Below are positions 61,036 through 64,000 of a stretch of DNA of 64,000 nt, piece by piece (position 1 is the stretch's first letter; every line of letters starts with the position of its first letter). Below the pieces are notes generated by a model that had not been told where the DNA came from, did no database searches, and worked only from the letters and a program-made list of their open reading frames with translations. Made by a program: the position numbers and the translations under genes. The stretch is from Malacoraja senta (lineage: Eukaryota): positions 7,442,001-7,506,000 of the forward strand of contig CM075991.1 of NCBI GenBank assembly GCA_038087875.1, in the 5' to 3' direction.

Positions 61036-63295
61036 CTTTGAATGATTCAACTTACACATTCTCAACACTTGAATGGTGAAGAATTTCAATTCGATTTTTG
61101 AGGGACCCCTTCTATTGATAGCTTGCACATCCTCACTAAAAAGCCTTGAACTTTTGTAGCAACTTTCATGACTTCACTTCCAAAGAGCTCTGCAGCATAT
61201 TCAGCATTTCTGAAGTATTATCATTGTTCTAAATGGAAAAAGGGGAGTCATTTTGAGCACAGCAAGCTTCCACGTGCAATATGATAGAAGACTAAAGAAG
61301 GGTCCCCTATTCATGTTCTCCAGAGATGCTGCCTGACCTATTGAGTTGGTCCAGCACTTTGTGTCTTTTTCTGTAAACCACCATCTGCAGTTCCTTGTAT
61401 CTATGTGTTAATGAACAAATAATTTATTTCATTGATGTCGCATGTCATACAGCATGGAAACAGGCCCTTCGGCCTAACTTACCCATGCCGACCAAGATGC
61501 CCCATCTACACTAGTCCTGCCTGTCTATGTTTGGCCCACATCCTTCTAATCCTTTCCTGTCCATAATCTAAACCTTTCCTATCCAGTGTAAATAAAATCT
61601 CTGAATCTACTCTCTAAAAACCTTCAATAAAGATCCCCTCTGCAAATTTATTTTAAGATATTTATCCACTCACTTCTTAACAGCTGTTCCATCTCCTCTT
61701 TCCGTCATTGTTCAAGGCGTTCCATATCCTAACAACCTCTATGATCCCTGTTTCATTTTCTCCAGCTTGCTTCCTTTGTATCATTACTGCTCACTGCTGC
61801 ATGAGCTTTGAACATCTCGCACAGTAAAATACTAATTTATTTTTTCAGACTTGCCGTCAGAATGCAGACAGTTCCTGATGGGATCTTTCTCCCTGCTTTG
61901 CTCTTTTGTACCCTAGGCTCTTTGGTCTCTGCCTGCCTCAATGATTTTGAATTGCTTTAGAAGATCATTGAAGCCTTCCTCCCAACCAACTGTGGATGCA
62001 CTGGAGCCAGTCAAATCGACAATGTCTTGCTTTTAATAAAAATCTAGGAAAACTCAGAACTTTTTTGAAAGATATAAGTGCAATAAATAAACCAAAGGGG
62101 AAGTACAATCTCTGCCGTTAAATAAAACACTTTTGAACCTTTTGCTGAATGGCTGATGTCATCTAACATGGAGAAATGTCTGAAGAAGGGTCTTAGAAAC
62201 ATAGACATAGAAAATAGGTGCAGGAGGAGGCCATTTGGCCCTTCGAGCCACTATTCATTGTGATCATGGCTGATCATCCCCAATCAATAACCCGTGCCTG
62301 CCTTCTCCCCATATCCCTTGATTCTACTAGCCCCTAGAGCTCTATCTAACTCTCTCTTAAATCCATCCAGTGACTTGGCCTCCACTGCCCTCTGTGGCAG
62401 GGAATTCCACAAAACGTCCCGAAACATCACCCATTCCTTCTCTCCAGAGATGCTGCCTCTCCCGCTGAGATATTCCAGTAGTTGGTGTCTATCTTTGGCG
62501 TAATTCAGCATCTGCAGTTCTTTCCTGCACAAAATGTGAGGCTGTTCACTTTGGTCACAACAAAATGGCGGACTACTCTGTAAACGTGGAGAGATTGGAG
62601 GGCGTTGGTACGTCGATGCTCGAGGATCCTGGATGTCCCTGTACACAAATCATTGAAAGTTAGCGTGCAGATGCAGCAAGCTTTTAACAGAAGGAAAGTA
62701 TGTACAGTTGAGCTTCAAAGCAAAGAGGGTTTGAGTGTAAGAGCGAGGATGTCCAACAGGAATTGTATAGCACCCCACTGAGACCATACCTGGAATATTT
62801 AGTAGCCTACTCCTGCTTGTTTTATGTTTAAATTCGTAGCATTCCTCATTCTGCTAATGCTAACCTTAATGAGAATATAATTATGCAGATGGTGTATTTT
62901 AATGAGCTCATTCTTGATATGATATCTCACTTCTTCCCGTCAATGAATGGGTAATTATTGACCCCCAGGTTTAATGTCAACTACATTTAATTTTTCAGTG
63001 TTCCAACATCCTCGAAACAAATGCTCCAGGCTCCCATGTTGTTCCTCAGGCTCTATGTTCTTTCCAGCTTCAATGAGTGTCACTGATGGATTTCAGTAAG
63101 TTTAAGCCTTTCATCTAACCTCAAAGGTACAGTAACATATGCGCGAGTTGAAGGGGAACTGCAGGCAGTGATGTTCCCATGTTGCCCAGAAAAGGACACA
63201 GAGTGCTGGAGTAACTCAGCGCGTCAGGCAGCATCTCTGGAGAAAATGGATAAGGTGCCATTTCGGGTTGAGACCCTTCTACAGACCTGCTGCTT

Positions 63296-63438
63296 CTTCT
63301 TCTTCTTCTTCCGTGTGGCGTGCACAGCCTAAAGTTGTTGGACATCTTGTTCTATTTGATCTTCCGTTTGTGCACGTCGAGTTGATTGCATTAGTCGAAA
63401 CAGGGCGGACCACGTGAAGGTTGCAATCTTCCACCCCT
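63296..63438 (-). mobile_element. Short retroposon with (GAA)n tail
   Basis: 10-bp TSD cctgctgctt (63286-63295, 63439-63448). (CTT)n run at the left end. Inserted into a Penelope-derived hairpin. Confidence 0.7.
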
Positions 63439-63654
63439 CCTGCTGCTTGGCTTGCTGAGTTACTCCAGCACATTGTGTCTTTTAGTGTGAACCAGCATCT
63501 GCAGTTCCTTGTTTCTACCTTCTGCCTGTTGTCCATGTCCTGCTTGGTAGTAAGATTTGGGAAGTGATTTTGCAGTGGCCTGGGTAAGCCTGGTATTCCC
63601 AGGTAGCCTCCGTACGTAACTGCAGTGAATTTCAGACCTGTTATATACTGTAGC

Positions 63655-63980
63655 CTGGATAGAGTGAATATGGGGAGGATGTTCCTATTTGTGGGAGAGT
63701 CTAGGGCCAGAGGCCATAGCCTCGGAATAAAAGGATGTACCTTTAGAACAAATGTGAGGAGGAATTTCTTTAGTCAGAGGGTGGTGAATCTGAGCAATTC
63801 ATTGACACAGAAGGTTGTGGAGGCAACGTCAATGGATATTTTTAAGTGACGGATTCTTGTCAGGAGTTATGGTAAGAAGGCAGGAGAATGGGGTTGGGAG
63901 GGAAAGATTGATCAGCCATGATTGAATGGCGGAGTGGACTTGATGGGCCGAATGGCTCCTAGAACATATGAACTTATGTA
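63655..63980 (+). mobile_element. CR1 LINE 3' fragment
   Basis: MFLFVGESRARGHSLGIKG..RRNFFSQRVVNL. Confidence 0.85.
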
Positions 63981-64000
63981 GCCATAGTCTGCAAAGACAG

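Overview
Vertebrate, repeat-dense genomic DNA. The repeats (HE1-type tRNA-derived V-SINEs sharing 3' ends with CR1/HER1 LINEs, abundant Penelope-like elements, Rex1/Babar, L1, RTE) point to a cartilaginous fish, probably a skate or ray (inference). I found no intact host protein-coding gene. The only long ORFs belong to retrotransposons: a near-intact invertebrate-type CR1-group LINE at 30.7-33.7 kb, a young 5'-truncated L1 at 53.5-55.7 kb and a Penelope RT/GIY-YIG remnant at 13.3-14.9 kb. The main hidden signal appears when the unique DNA between repeats is translated by hand across frameshifts. It shows about 8 heavily decayed immunoglobulin-superfamily gene remnants. In these, V domains, several with a J-like GxGT G-strand, run straight into C1-type domains and sometimes a transmembrane segment, apparently without introns: V-C1, V-C1-V-C1-TM, and one roughly (V-C1)x6 giant. 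This looks like a fossil cluster of non-rearranging antigen-receptor-like genes. Also present: many Penelope-associated minimal hammerhead ribozyme motifs, often in short hairpin elements with target-site duplications, hAT and Harbinger MITEs, a non-autonomous LTR element and a 45-bp minisatellite. Ig-remnant boundaries are approximate and rest on manual motif recognition, not HMM searches.
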